Positions 1-8,903 of a stretch of 64,000 nucleotides of DNA are shown here, piece after piece. Every line of letters begins with the position of its first letter. Position 1 is the stretch's first letter. Below the pieces are notes generated by a model. That model ran no database searches. It saw only the letters and a list, made by a program, of their open reading frames with translations, and was not told the origin of the DNA. Origin of the DNA: Nitrospirales bacterium (lineage in GTDB: Bacteria > Nitrospirota > Nitrospiria > Nitrospirales > UBA8639); NCBI GenBank assembly GCA_041737015.1, contig JBGSSO010000381.1, positions 1,304 through 65,303 of the forward strand, in the 5' to 3' direction. A program made the translations under genes and the position numbers.

Positions 1-68
1 CCATTTTTTTTGCTTTTCGGAACAAAAACTTTCACTCACACAATCATCTTTCAACTTCCCTTTTTAAT

Positions 69-563
69 ATGACCATGGAGATATTGGATCCAATCACGGA
101 TACTCAATTCATGCGCATGGCCTTGGACTTGGCGCATCAAGCCTTTCGTGCGGAAGAAGTCCCGGTCGGAGCAGTTCTGGTCCAGAATGGAAAGATCCTC
201 GCGACAGGCTTCAACCAACGGGAGAGCACACAAGATCCGACCGCCCATGCCGAACTCATGGCCATTCGATCCGCTTCCATCGCACTGGGATCCTGGCGTC
301 TTACCGACACCACCCTCTATGTCACATTGGAACCCTGCGCCATGTGTGCCGGAGCCATCATTCAGGCCAGAATTGCCCGTGTCGTGTTTGGCACATGGGA
401 TCCGAAGGCCGGCGCATGTGGATCAATCTGCAATCTCACAGCAGAGACCAGATTTAATCACCGGGTGAGAGTAGGCTCAGATATCCTGGCAGATGATTGT
501 CGAGCGATCTTACAGAATTTTTTTCAGCAACTACGGAGTATCCAACCAGTTCCTACCGCATAA
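69..563 (+). CDS. tadA: tRNA adenosine(34) deaminase
   Basis: HAE and PCxxC zinc motifs (AHAELMAI, TLEPCAMCAGA); followed by a tRNA gene. Confidence 0.95.
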   Translation: MTMEILDPITDTQFMRMALDLAHQAFRAEEVPVGAVLVQNGKILATGFNQRESTQDPTAHAELMAIRSASIALGSWRLTDTTLYVTLEPCAMCAGAIIQARIARVVFGTWDPKAGACGSICNLTAETRFNHRVRVGSDILADDCRAILQNFFQQLRSIQPVPTA

Positions 564-576
564 CATAGACGAACAC

Positions 577-665
577 GGAGAGGTGCGAGAGTGGCCGATT
601 CGGACGGTCTCGAAAACCGTTGTCCTCACAAGGGACCGTGGGTTCAAATCCCACCCTCTCCGCCA
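577..665 (+). tRNA. tRNA-Ser(CGA)
   Basis: Acceptor GGAGAGG/CCTCTCC with GCCA end; anticodon arm ACGGT-CTCGAAA-ACCGT; long variable arm GTCCT-CACA-AGGGAC; T-loop GGTTCAAATCC. Confidence 0.97.
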
Positions 666-799
666 GCCAGTCTACAGCAAAATCAGCTTCTCTCCGCAAT
701 TCGGAAATACTCCTAACAAGTCCGCGAGGTAGGCTCCCTTTCGGGCACGATTGACGCTCTCTCCAACGATTATTGCCCTCAGATGCCCCGAAAATAGAG

Positions 800-1072
800 G
801 CGTTGGCCCAACTGGGACCATGCTGAAAGCCAGGAAGAAAAAATTTGGGGACGAAAGGCATCGGAAACAGTCTGGTTCCTAAAGAGAACGGCACTCTCAC
901 ACTTTCTGAACTGGGGCTTGATAAGAAAACTTCTATGGTCGGACAGCAATTATCGGCCATGCCAGATGATGTGCGGGAGGAGATTGCCACCCGGGAAAAG
1001 ACCTCCAACGAGCCGCAGCGGGAACAACAACAGGCGAAGGTATCAGAAACTCTACTTTCATTACCTATTTGA
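800..1072 (+). pseudogene. Degenerate fragment of a phage-type protein, resembling the N-terminal region found on phage MT-A70 methylases
   Basis: Removing one A from the run at ~835-843 joins MLKARKK to NLGTKGIG...TLTLSELGLDKKTS..QQLSAMPDD. This resembles the phage motif LGEMLK...TLxDLGIxKKxSxxxQxLAxIP (pattern recall only). Confidence 0.45.
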
Positions 1073-1171
1073 TGAATTGCCTTTATTTGTGAATCTTGCC
1101 ACGCTACCCCCTGATCCAAATGATCGGCCATTTGGGAACATCTTTTTCCCCATTTACAGGAGGGCTACCGC

Positions 1172-1492
1172 ATGCGAGCAATAATATTCTTTGGATGTTT
1201 CCTGGGTATGGCAGGAAGTACCTGGGCCCAATTTGGCGAAGATCCCTGGCGACCGGCTTCACAGCTTCACCCGACTCCTCCAAGGTCCTACTATGACCAA
1301 ACCCCTATCCCTTCTTCCCCAGCGTCGTTGCAAAACTTCGATACGTGGTACCAACAACAGCGTGTACAACAACGGCAACAACACGAGCGTTACCGGCAGG
1401 AGGCTCTACAACATGACTTAAACCAAATGAACCGGCTGCGGACGTATGATCGACTGCATTGGGGACCGCTGCAACCCTATTCACCCTATTAA
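1172..1492 (+). CDS. Small secreted Gln-rich hypothetical protein
   Basis: Signal-peptide-like N-terminus (MRAIIFFGCFLGMAGSTWA); 106 aa ORF. Confidence 0.6.
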   Translation: MRAIIFFGCFLGMAGSTWAQFGEDPWRPASQLHPTPPRSYYDQTPIPSSPASLQNFDTWYQQQRVQQRQQHERYRQEALQHDLNQMNRLRTYDRLHWGPLQPYSPY

Positions 1493-1574
1493 GTTGTGGC
1501 GGACGGACTCTTTCGCAACCCTATATCTCCCCTCTACCTGTAAAAACCGATTGGGGCTACCATCTTCTTGCTAC

Positions 1575-2136
1575 AGTGCTTAAGGTGGAAGTAGTGCGTG
1601 AGTCCCACTCGTAGCGCTGCAGGGGCCTCATGCGCCCGCAAGTAGACATCCTCGTACTTCACGCTACGCCACAGCCGTTCGACCAACACATTTTCGACCC
1701 ATCGCCATTTGCCGTCCATGTGGTACAGCCAACACATCACATTGGCGGATAACCGAGGGCTCTGCCGTGGCCTTGATCATGGCTTTGCGCTCAGTCATCG
1801 ACCGGATCCAAGCGCGGTAGCTGAAAATTCCTTCTCCATCGTCAACGGCCCAATCCTGGCATGCAGCTTCTGCTGAATCTGTTCATGGTCGGCAGCAGCC
1901 GCCACACAGGCTCCAAACACATTCTCTGCCTTGCCGATCAGTTGCTTCTTCAATTCTGAATCTGATTGGGATCTGCGGCAAACTGTTCAGCTAATTCAGC
2001 CAACGTGCAATCCACGTGGATAATGGCCAAGACCGCTTCAACCTTGAAGGCGGGAGAGTGATTCCGTCGTGTGCATGTTGCCATCTTCTGCTTCTTTCAT
2101 TAAAAAAATATAGCTCAGAAGATTATGTGAGGAACA
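1575..2136 (-). mobile_element. IS3-family remnant with internal deletion
   Basis: OrfA start at 2084 (MATCTRRNHSPAFKVEAVLA..TLAELAEQF). OrfB start (ERKAMI..SVIRQC) joins directly to its C-terminal MDGKxRWVxNVxVERLWRSVKYEDVYL, so most of the integrase core is missing. Left end begins TG at 2136. Confidence 0.85.
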
Positions 2137-2261
2137 CTTGATTTTTAAACTGAGGTAAGTAAAGTAGGGGAGGTTTAATTGTTGGAGTTGAATGCCTCAG
2201 TTCCCCTGATGAGGTCGTCATTATGAATTCGAGTTCGGGAATAGAAAAGGAGTTGTGAAAT

Positions 2262-3434
2262 ATGGCCATACCAAAATACTTGATGAAGGCTGTCTTCTTA
2301 CTTAGCATGATATTGATGGATTTCGGTTACGAATTTTCAATGGCAGAAGGTTTTACACCACGCGAAGTATGTTCTCCGGACCAATCGGAGTCATTGAAAC
2401 CTGTGCCCTGTACCGTTCGGTTTCTGTCTTACAATGTTCACGGAATTTCTCCGATCCTGAATTCCATGTATGTCGGGGTAGATGTGAGGAATGATGATAC
2501 CCGAAGTGGCCTGATGGCCTGGTTGCTCATGGATTATGATTTCGTATTATTACAAGAGGATTTTGAATTTCACCGGCAAATTGTCCATGAATTCACCTAT
2601 GAGCTCATAGAACAGGGGAACGGGCCACGGATAGCGCTGGCCCCATTATGGCTGGTAACCCTTCCCATTAAAATCGTCAATGTTGGGTTTCATTTATTTA
2701 ATAGTCCCGGCATTCCTTTCCGTGTCCCCTATGGGTCGGGGCTGACCATCGCTTCACCCTACTATAAAGCTGTGGAAGGGGGAGTCACACAGGTACCGCT
2801 TCCAGATTGTGAAGGATGGTTAAGTAGGAAAAATGATTGCTGGTCGACCAAGGGGCTTCTTCGCGTGCCGGTTCGTCTTCCAAATGGCGCAGAATTTGAC
2901 GTATACAATACGCACCTGGATGCCGGGAGAGATGAGGAAGACCGAATTGTTCGAAAAAAGCAGATTAAATTTCTTGCAAAATGTATCAAGAAATTATCGA
3001 AAGATCGGGCCTTCATTCTCGGGGGTGATTTCAACTCACAATATGACCATGGGGGAACTGAGGCCTCAGGAGAAGACTACCGAATTTTAAAACACTATCT
3101 CCTTGATGAGTTGGCTCTCAATGACAGCAATGCACGTCCAGAACCCAATGGTTATTGGAAAAATCGAGTGGACTACATTTTCTATCGAGAAGGTCAAGGG
3201 GCGAGGATAGAGTTAATCAGCCCTGGATCGGAAGATCAACGTTTCCGGCATCCTGTTAACCGAGGCAGACAATCTCCTAATGAAAAGTACGAAGATCTTC
3301 TTAGCGACCACCCTGCCATCCGCGCGGAATTCAAAATATTACCGTCGCCAGTCTCCGCTCCTAGTTCACGGGAGGGGGAAAGAGATTCGTGTGCAGAAGA
3401 ACCTGTGAAGGAGAAGATGGAGATAGTTTGGTAA
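2262..3434 (+). CDS. Endonuclease/exonuclease/phosphatase (EEP) family protein, sphingomyelinase-like, possibly exported
   Basis: Motifs SYNVHG, LLQEDF, YNTHLDAG, GGDFN, VDYIFY, SDHPAI; start may be the Met at 2283. Confidence 0.85.
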   Translation: MAIPKYLMKAVFLLSMILMDFGYEFSMAEGFTPREVCSPDQSESLKPVPCTVRFLSYNVHGISPILNSMYVGVDVRNDDTRSGLMAWLLMDYDFVLLQEDFEFHRQIVHEFTYELIEQGNGPRIALAPLWLVTLPIKIVNVGFHLFNSPGIPFRVPYGSGLTIASPYYKAVEGGVTQVPLPDCEGWLSRKNDCWSTKGLLRVPVRLPNGAEFDVYNTHLDAGRDEEDRIVRKKQIKFLAKCIKKLSKDRAFILGGDFNSQYDHGGTEASGEDYRILKHYLLDELALNDSNARPEPNGYWKNRVDYIFYREGQGARIELISPGSEDQRFRHPVNRGRQSPNEKYEDLLSDHPAIRAEFKILPSPVSAPSSREGERDSCAEEPVKEKMEIVW

Positions 3435-3833
3435 AACAAGCTGTAGTCGACTTTTTCAGCTCGTTCATAATACCTGCTGGAATCGCAATATACTGTCTCG
3501 CCAATTTGCCCAAAGACACCTAGGGTGAACCTTCCTGTTTCCTTTATCCGGCTACATTCATTCTCTGGCCAATAGGACAAATCCTGGCTATATTAAATTG
3601 TATCGCTGTTAAGGCCTGGTTACTGCTCACCTTACATTAGATAGATTTGGTGGGCTGGCATAGAACGTCCATACTTTGATCAAACCCAAATCTGCCAGAA
3701 GCCGGCTTAAAAAAAAGATTTCAAGGAAATACGTGAGAGCATAAGCAGAGATGGGAAAAGCTTTCATATCGATTTTTTTTCTTCATGAATCTCCTGGTAT
3801 TGGAAATCTACTCCTTACGCGTCGAGGTTTTGT

Positions 3834-4586
3834 ATGGGGTTGTTAAAAAAACTACGGGGGATGTTCATTCGCAGAAAAACAATACCCCCCAACCCACTTT
3901 ATGAAATTGTCCTGACTCATTTACAAAAAGATATCAATGAATCACCCCATGAGTGTATTCAAAAACTTTCTAAAGCATCGAAGGAAAAGATCGTTCAGGA
4001 AATTTGTAATGTTACAGAAACCCTATGGCAGGCTCCCGATAGAGTATTGGCCAACCGCGAAGGGTTGCTTGAGTCCATGTTGCACCAGGTGGATTGTGAA
4101 ATATTCATGATTGAGCCTGGCCATAAGCTATCCGGTTTCAATGGTATTTCTGGCGAATTAAAAGACTTCCTGCCTGAATTTGCCCAAAAACACATAGACA
4201 CTGGAGAATTGGACTGGAAGCAAAAAACGAGACCGACAAAAGATGAGGCCTATATGTTAGTGTGGGGCAAATGGTTGAGGGCCAATCAATATTGCAAAAT
4301 ATTTAATGAAATACGGCTTTATTTAAAGGATTACCATACCAATCAGGAGCGAGACTGGTTCTTTCCCCTTCAATGTGCCTCGGCAGCTTTTACAGAATAT
4401 AATTTTCGCAAAGAATATGGCCTAAAACAGATCATTGATGGTGTTCGAGCCCTACAATATGGCTCCTTTCTTGAAATCGTTTCAAAAGGCCACAAAGACC
4501 CCCTAGCAGAATGGGAAAAGACCTATAAAGAATTATTCCCTCTACAATCCCAATCCTATGCGGGGTCTAGGAATGGGAAAAATTAG
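3834..4586 (+). CDS. Hypothetical protein (AT-rich)
   Basis: 250 aa ORF with protein-like composition and no recognised motif. Confidence 0.7.
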   Translation: MGLLKKLRGMFIRRKTIPPNPLYEIVLTHLQKDINESPHECIQKLSKASKEKIVQEICNVTETLWQAPDRVLANREGLLESMLHQVDCEIFMIEPGHKLSGFNGISGELKDFLPEFAQKHIDTGELDWKQKTRPTKDEAYMLVWGKWLRANQYCKIFNEIRLYLKDYHTNQERDWFFPLQCASAAFTEYNFRKEYGLKQIIDGVRALQYGSFLEIVSKGHKDPLAEWEKTYKELFPLQSQSYAGSRNGKN

Positions 4587-4749
4587 ACCAATAAACAAAT
4601 ACCTTTTGTTCCCCTAAAAATCCAATCACCAGCAGACCAACAGATATCCCTCTGTCCACCCATGAATAACTGAAGCCACCGGCTCCACCTCAAATCTTTC
4701 GAGACTTTTCAGATGGTGATTCTATGTTTTTGTTTAATAAATGGGTGGC

Positions 4750-5487
4750 CTAACTACCACGTCGTGAAGGAGGGATTAGTTGACGGCGGGGGGCAGGTCG
4801 CGAAGGGAAGCGTTGAGGATCGGAGGTCACAATAATGTCACCGATAGAAAACTTTCCATTGACCCCATCATCATTCGTCATATCCCCAAAGCCGATTCTG
4901 GGTATCCCCACCCAGTCATTTCGTTTCAAAGCTGGCTTTCCATCAACGTACACCTTGGCAAATCTTCCACCCTCAACCTTTAAAGTGTAGGTGTGAAAGG
5001 TATCAGTCGTATCAATTTTAAACGTCCCTTTCTCGTCTCCCCATCCAATGGCATCCTCATCAAAAAAGATCATATGACTTCGTGGTCCTTCTGCAAAACT
5101 ACCGTCAGAGGTGTCGATAGAACCGTGAAACATAATGCCCGAATCAAGAAAATTATGCGGTTGCTCTACTTTGTGCACTTGTAAAGTAAACTCAATGGAG
5201 AACCCTGTCTCGAAGTCAAAAGGAACCTCTTTATAAAACCACATGAACGCTTTCCCTGGAAGTTGGTCGATGGCTCTTAAGACTCCAATCGTGTTGAGCG
5301 TTAAATGACTCCCATTGGTCACCACGTCCAATGGGCGAACAGCGTTGGTGGAAACCTCCCAACCTTGCTCTCCTGGCAACTGGGAACCTTTCAATGCAGT
5401 AGTTTGTCCGGACTGCACTCCTCCACATCCGGCAAGGAGGAACAACGTGACGAGCGTAAATTGCATAGTGACTTTCCCAATCCGCAT
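4750..5487 (-). CDS. Lipoprotein with a predicted ConA/LamG-like beta-sandwich
   Basis: Likely start ATG 5487 or 5466; lipobox LAGC; beta-rich with FHTYTLKV..AKVYVDG; the ORF-track extension to 5832 is unlikely to be coding. Confidence 0.65.
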   Translation of the reverse strand: MRIGKVTMQFTLVTLFLLAGCGGVQSGQTTALKGSQLPGEQGWEVSTNAVRPLDVVTNGSHLTLNTIGVLRAIDQLPGKAFMWFYKEVPFDFETGFSIEFTLQVHKVEQPHNFLDSGIMFHGSIDTSDGSFAEGPRSHMIFFDEDAIGWGDEKGTFKIDTTDTFHTYTLKVEGGRFAKVYVDGKPALKRNDWVGIPRIGFGDMTNDDGVNGKFSIGDIIVTSDPQRFPSRPAPRRQLIPPSRRGS

Positions 5488-6150
5488 GACAGACCCCTTT
5501 GCAAGAAGGCTCACGAAGAAGGCAAACCTACCCGAGATAGCCTTATGGTTCTTCCTGGATTTTAAATCACGACAGCGATGTATATGCCCTGATAGGCGTC
5601 CACTTACCACATTTCCCATAGATGGCCCCAATTCCCTAACTATTATAGATTGAAGGTACACATATACAAAAATCTCCCCATTCACTCTTGGCTTATGAAA
5701 AAGGATTCTACTATAGATCGCGCAGATTAAAAATGAACAATTTCCTCTGGAGACGGACATAGAAATATCCGAGGCTCCTCCCAATCCATCACCCGTTTTC
5801 TGACCCGAAGTCGGCCCATTGCCAATCAGCAAAAAACAATGCCCTCTCGATTCTCCCTGAAATAAAGGAATCAGGATTAGGAAAGGGTATTGATTGAATC
5901 GTCGTTGGAAAAGGAATGTTGGAACGGTATTCTAGAATGGACAGGAGCAGTTTGGATTCTCGGCGGAATACATGGCAGGACGATTGAATAATTAAAAGAT
6001 GTTACACCAACAGGCAAAACATGCAACCACTGTCTGGTTAACTGATCATACGGAATTGCTTCGCGTCATACGCAAGGGCACCCTCGATGGCGCGCGCAAG
6101 TACCGGGACAAAGACACCCCGTGGTCGGATAGGATGAAACATCGGCTTTC

Positions 6151-8652
6151 CTACTGATTCGGAAGTTCGGCTTGGTTCTGGATGACAAAATAGTCCAATT
6201 CCAATGCGCCGGTATCCGATAGCACCTCCAATTTGATCGTATGGGAACCGGCGGAGAGCGCCTGTGATAATCGCATCTCTTGCGTCACCTCATAATCCCC
6301 CAAGACGCCCCGATCGTCCAACTCGATCGTCGACTGGCGCCGGCCATCAACAGAGATCGTAACCTTATCATCAGCACTTTTGCCCTTTGTATATCTCAGA
6401 CGAATACTCGGGTTCGGAATGTTCTCGGTCAGGTGTAACACATAATTCGCTTCTCCCGTCCCTCGTATCGTGTGTCCCGCGGACGCCGTCTTGCGGGGCG
6501 ATTTCAGCAGGGTACCCGAGCGGTAGTCCTCAGCCTGCTGGGTCACAAGGTAGCCTATTGGTCCCAGCACTTCGATTTTGAAATCCGGGCACGAGGTATT
6601 GTGCCGCGAATAGGTAGGCCGGTCAAAACTCCAGGAATCGCCTGGGATCGTTGTCCATTCCTCATGGTTCGGATCGATCGGGTACGTCTGCACGACACCG
6701 GACGAGGATGCGGCCTGAATACGGGAGATATCGCTATTATCATTGGCCACCCACATGGAACGCATGGTAACAAACGGCGCGGTGAGGGTGTCATACGTCA
6801 CATCCGTCACGCGCACCGTCGTCTTGCCCGGTTCGGCCTGGAGCTGCAATACCGCGGACGATCCGTTTTTATATCGCACCTTGATGGTCATCGTGTGCGG
6901 ATCGATATCCAGCCTCTCGATCGGAATGAACGGAAACAAGGGGTCCTCTGCCGCCGGCCCAATAATCATCGAGGATCCGAAACAGACCCGCTCCTCCCGT
7001 CCCACCGGGGGTTGCGTAATAATCCGCGCGTATCCATTGGCATAGAGCACAAATATTTGCGGGGGGGCATGATCGTCGTCCGTCCGTTTGAGAAGCTGGA
7101 TAAAATCGTGGTCCGGCTCCGATGGTCCACCCACGATATTGACGGCCATCCCCGATTCATAGGGCCACCCGGACACATCCATGACGCGAACCGCCACATC
7201 ACCGTCGTTGTAGATGTCCTTACCGTCGAGATCCGCGATGTCCACAAAACCCGAGGTCACCAAACTCGCATACTGACCGGCGGCACCGGATGCGAGGACC
7301 TGAGGGGTATCCCACTGCGGTGCGGTCATTTTCGTCTTCGCCAGAAATTTTAAGCTCTGATTGTCTGCATCGTAATAGGCAATATTCGGATACCCTCTTG
7401 CCGTCACTCCCAGCGAGGCAAACCGTCCAACATCCCCCACCGCATCAAGAACGATCCCCACCGGCCATTGTGCTACGGCGGCGTCTTTGTAAAGGTATTT
7501 TAAATCCTTATTCGTGGCATCATAATACGCCACATGCAGAGCCCCATCCGGACCAAACGCCGTCGACGTATATTGACCGACATCTCCTGCCGCATCCAAC
7601 ACCAGCGGGATCGACCACCCCTGTTCATCCTGATAGATGTATTTTAAATTTCCGTTGCTCGCATCGTAATACGTGATATGCGGATAATGCCCTTCATACG
7701 CCCCGTTCATTTTCTCTGTCCAACCCTCATAGTACAGGCTCATTGAGGCGTAGGTCCCGACATCCCCGACGGCATCCAGGACCACGGGCGCCGACCATCC
7801 ATGCGTGTCGTCATTCATGACATATTTCAAATCCTTCGTGTCCGCATCGTAATACACCACATGCAGGCTGCCCGTGGGACCTATCGCCATGGCCGCCTGC
7901 TGCCCGACATCGCCGTTTGCGTCCAGGATCGTTGGGGTTGCCCATCCGCCCACTGCATCCGGATTGCTCTTGTAGGTATATTTTAAATTCCCGTGATCCG
8001 CATCGTAATAGACCACGTGATGCCGCCTATCCCGACTAATGCGCAGCGAGACGTATTTTCCGACATCGCCGGTAGCATCGACAATCTCCGGCTCGCGCCA
8101 CTTCCCATTTTCATCCCGGATAATATACATGAGGTTTTGTTTGACCGCGTCATAATAAGCCATAGCCGGTGGCGCGCCTAAGCCCACCCAATACCGGTCA
8201 GTCGGCGGATACGCCAGCGACACATATTGTCCGACATCCGCATTGACCGCATCCGGCGTTTCAATCGGATACCAATAGAAGCCAGGCGACTGCCAGACAA
8301 ATTTCAACTTCTGTTGCGCCGCATCGTAATAGGCAATCTGCGCCGTTGGCCGCATATCCCACGCCCGTTCGCAGTTGGTGAGATCTCCAATACAGAGATC
8401 CTTCTGCCCGCGTTGGAGTGGATAATAGGTCGGAAAGGTCGCAGTAATTTGATAGTCGGACACATAACCGCCATAGATCGGAATATTCACATTGTCCTCT
8501 TCCGCACACTGTGACGGAAAGCTCATATTCTTGGCGTAGCGCACCGTGGTTGCTCCCGCAGCATTAACGCTTTGCAGGCCCACCACCACACACAGCATCC
8601 CGATGATCGCCAGATTCTTTGTCTTACACATACGCCAAGCCATAACCATCAA
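6151..8652 (-). CDS. Secreted protein with 7 beta-propeller repeats and a C-terminal CBM6/35-like module
   Basis: Signal peptide; seven ~48-aa repeats (HxxYYDAxxxxLKY...W...LDAxGDVGxYxS); C-terminal QAEDY...HTIKLE...LELDYF. Confidence 0.8.
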   Translation of the reverse strand: MMVMAWRMCKTKNLAIIGMLCVVVGLQSVNAAGATTVRYAKNMSFPSQCAEEDNVNIPIYGGYVSDYQITATFPTYYPLQRGQKDLCIGDLTNCERAWDMRPTAQIAYYDAAQQKLKFVWQSPGFYWYPIETPDAVNADVGQYVSLAYPPTDRYWVGLGAPPAMAYYDAVKQNLMYIIRDENGKWREPEIVDATGDVGKYVSLRISRDRRHHVVYYDADHGNLKYTYKSNPDAVGGWATPTILDANGDVGQQAAMAIGPTGSLHVVYYDADTKDLKYVMNDDTHGWSAPVVLDAVGDVGTYASMSLYYEGWTEKMNGAYEGHYPHITYYDASNGNLKYIYQDEQGWSIPLVLDAAGDVGQYTSTAFGPDGALHVAYYDATNKDLKYLYKDAAVAQWPVGIVLDAVGDVGRFASLGVTARGYPNIAYYDADNQSLKFLAKTKMTAPQWDTPQVLASGAAGQYASLVTSGFVDIADLDGKDIYNDGDVAVRVMDVSGWPYESGMAVNIVGGPSEPDHDFIQLLKRTDDDHAPPQIFVLYANGYARIITQPPVGREERVCFGSSMIIGPAAEDPLFPFIPIERLDIDPHTMTIKVRYKNGSSAVLQLQAEPGKTTVRVTDVTYDTLTAPFVTMRSMWVANDNSDISRIQAASSSGVVQTYPIDPNHEEWTTIPGDSWSFDRPTYSRHNTSCPDFKIEVLGPIGYLVTQQAEDYRSGTLLKSPRKTASAGHTIRGTGEANYVLHLTENIPNPSIRLRYTKGKSADDKVTISVDGRRQSTIELDDRGVLGDYEVTQEMRLSQALSAGSHTIKLEVLSDTGALELDYFVIQNQAELPNQ

Positions 8653-8676
8653 GCGATCTCCTCACGTCTCAGTAGT

Positions 8677-8694
8677 AATGTGAATGTTCACGTT
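8677..8694. promoter_or_regulatory. Palindromic operator-like site
   Basis: AATGTGAATGTTCACGTT, 14/18 self-complementary, about 25 bp upstream of the 833-aa gene. Confidence 0.35.
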
Positions 8695-8903
8695 GACCGG
8701 GTTTTGAGAGCCGGGTGTGATCCATACCCACATGCCCGCCTTCCGCCCTTGTCGTGTTTCATCTCAAATCATCAATCACGCCCAAAGGTCGCCTGAGTAA
8801 CACGCGGCACCTCGATGAGGTGTTCGTCCCCATGCAAGGACCACGGCAGTATCTCTGGCATACGGTTGATCCGGGCAGGCCGCCACGTTGAGAATCCGAC
8901 AAT

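Noticed and set aside
686-697. CTCTCCGC partial copy of the tRNA 3' end as an att site
   Set aside because: Only 8 bp and 30 bp from the tRNA; not convincing
553-1131. 192-aa minus-strand ORF
   Set aside because: It overlaps the tRNA antisense (AERVGFEPT is the usual tRNA shadow peptide)
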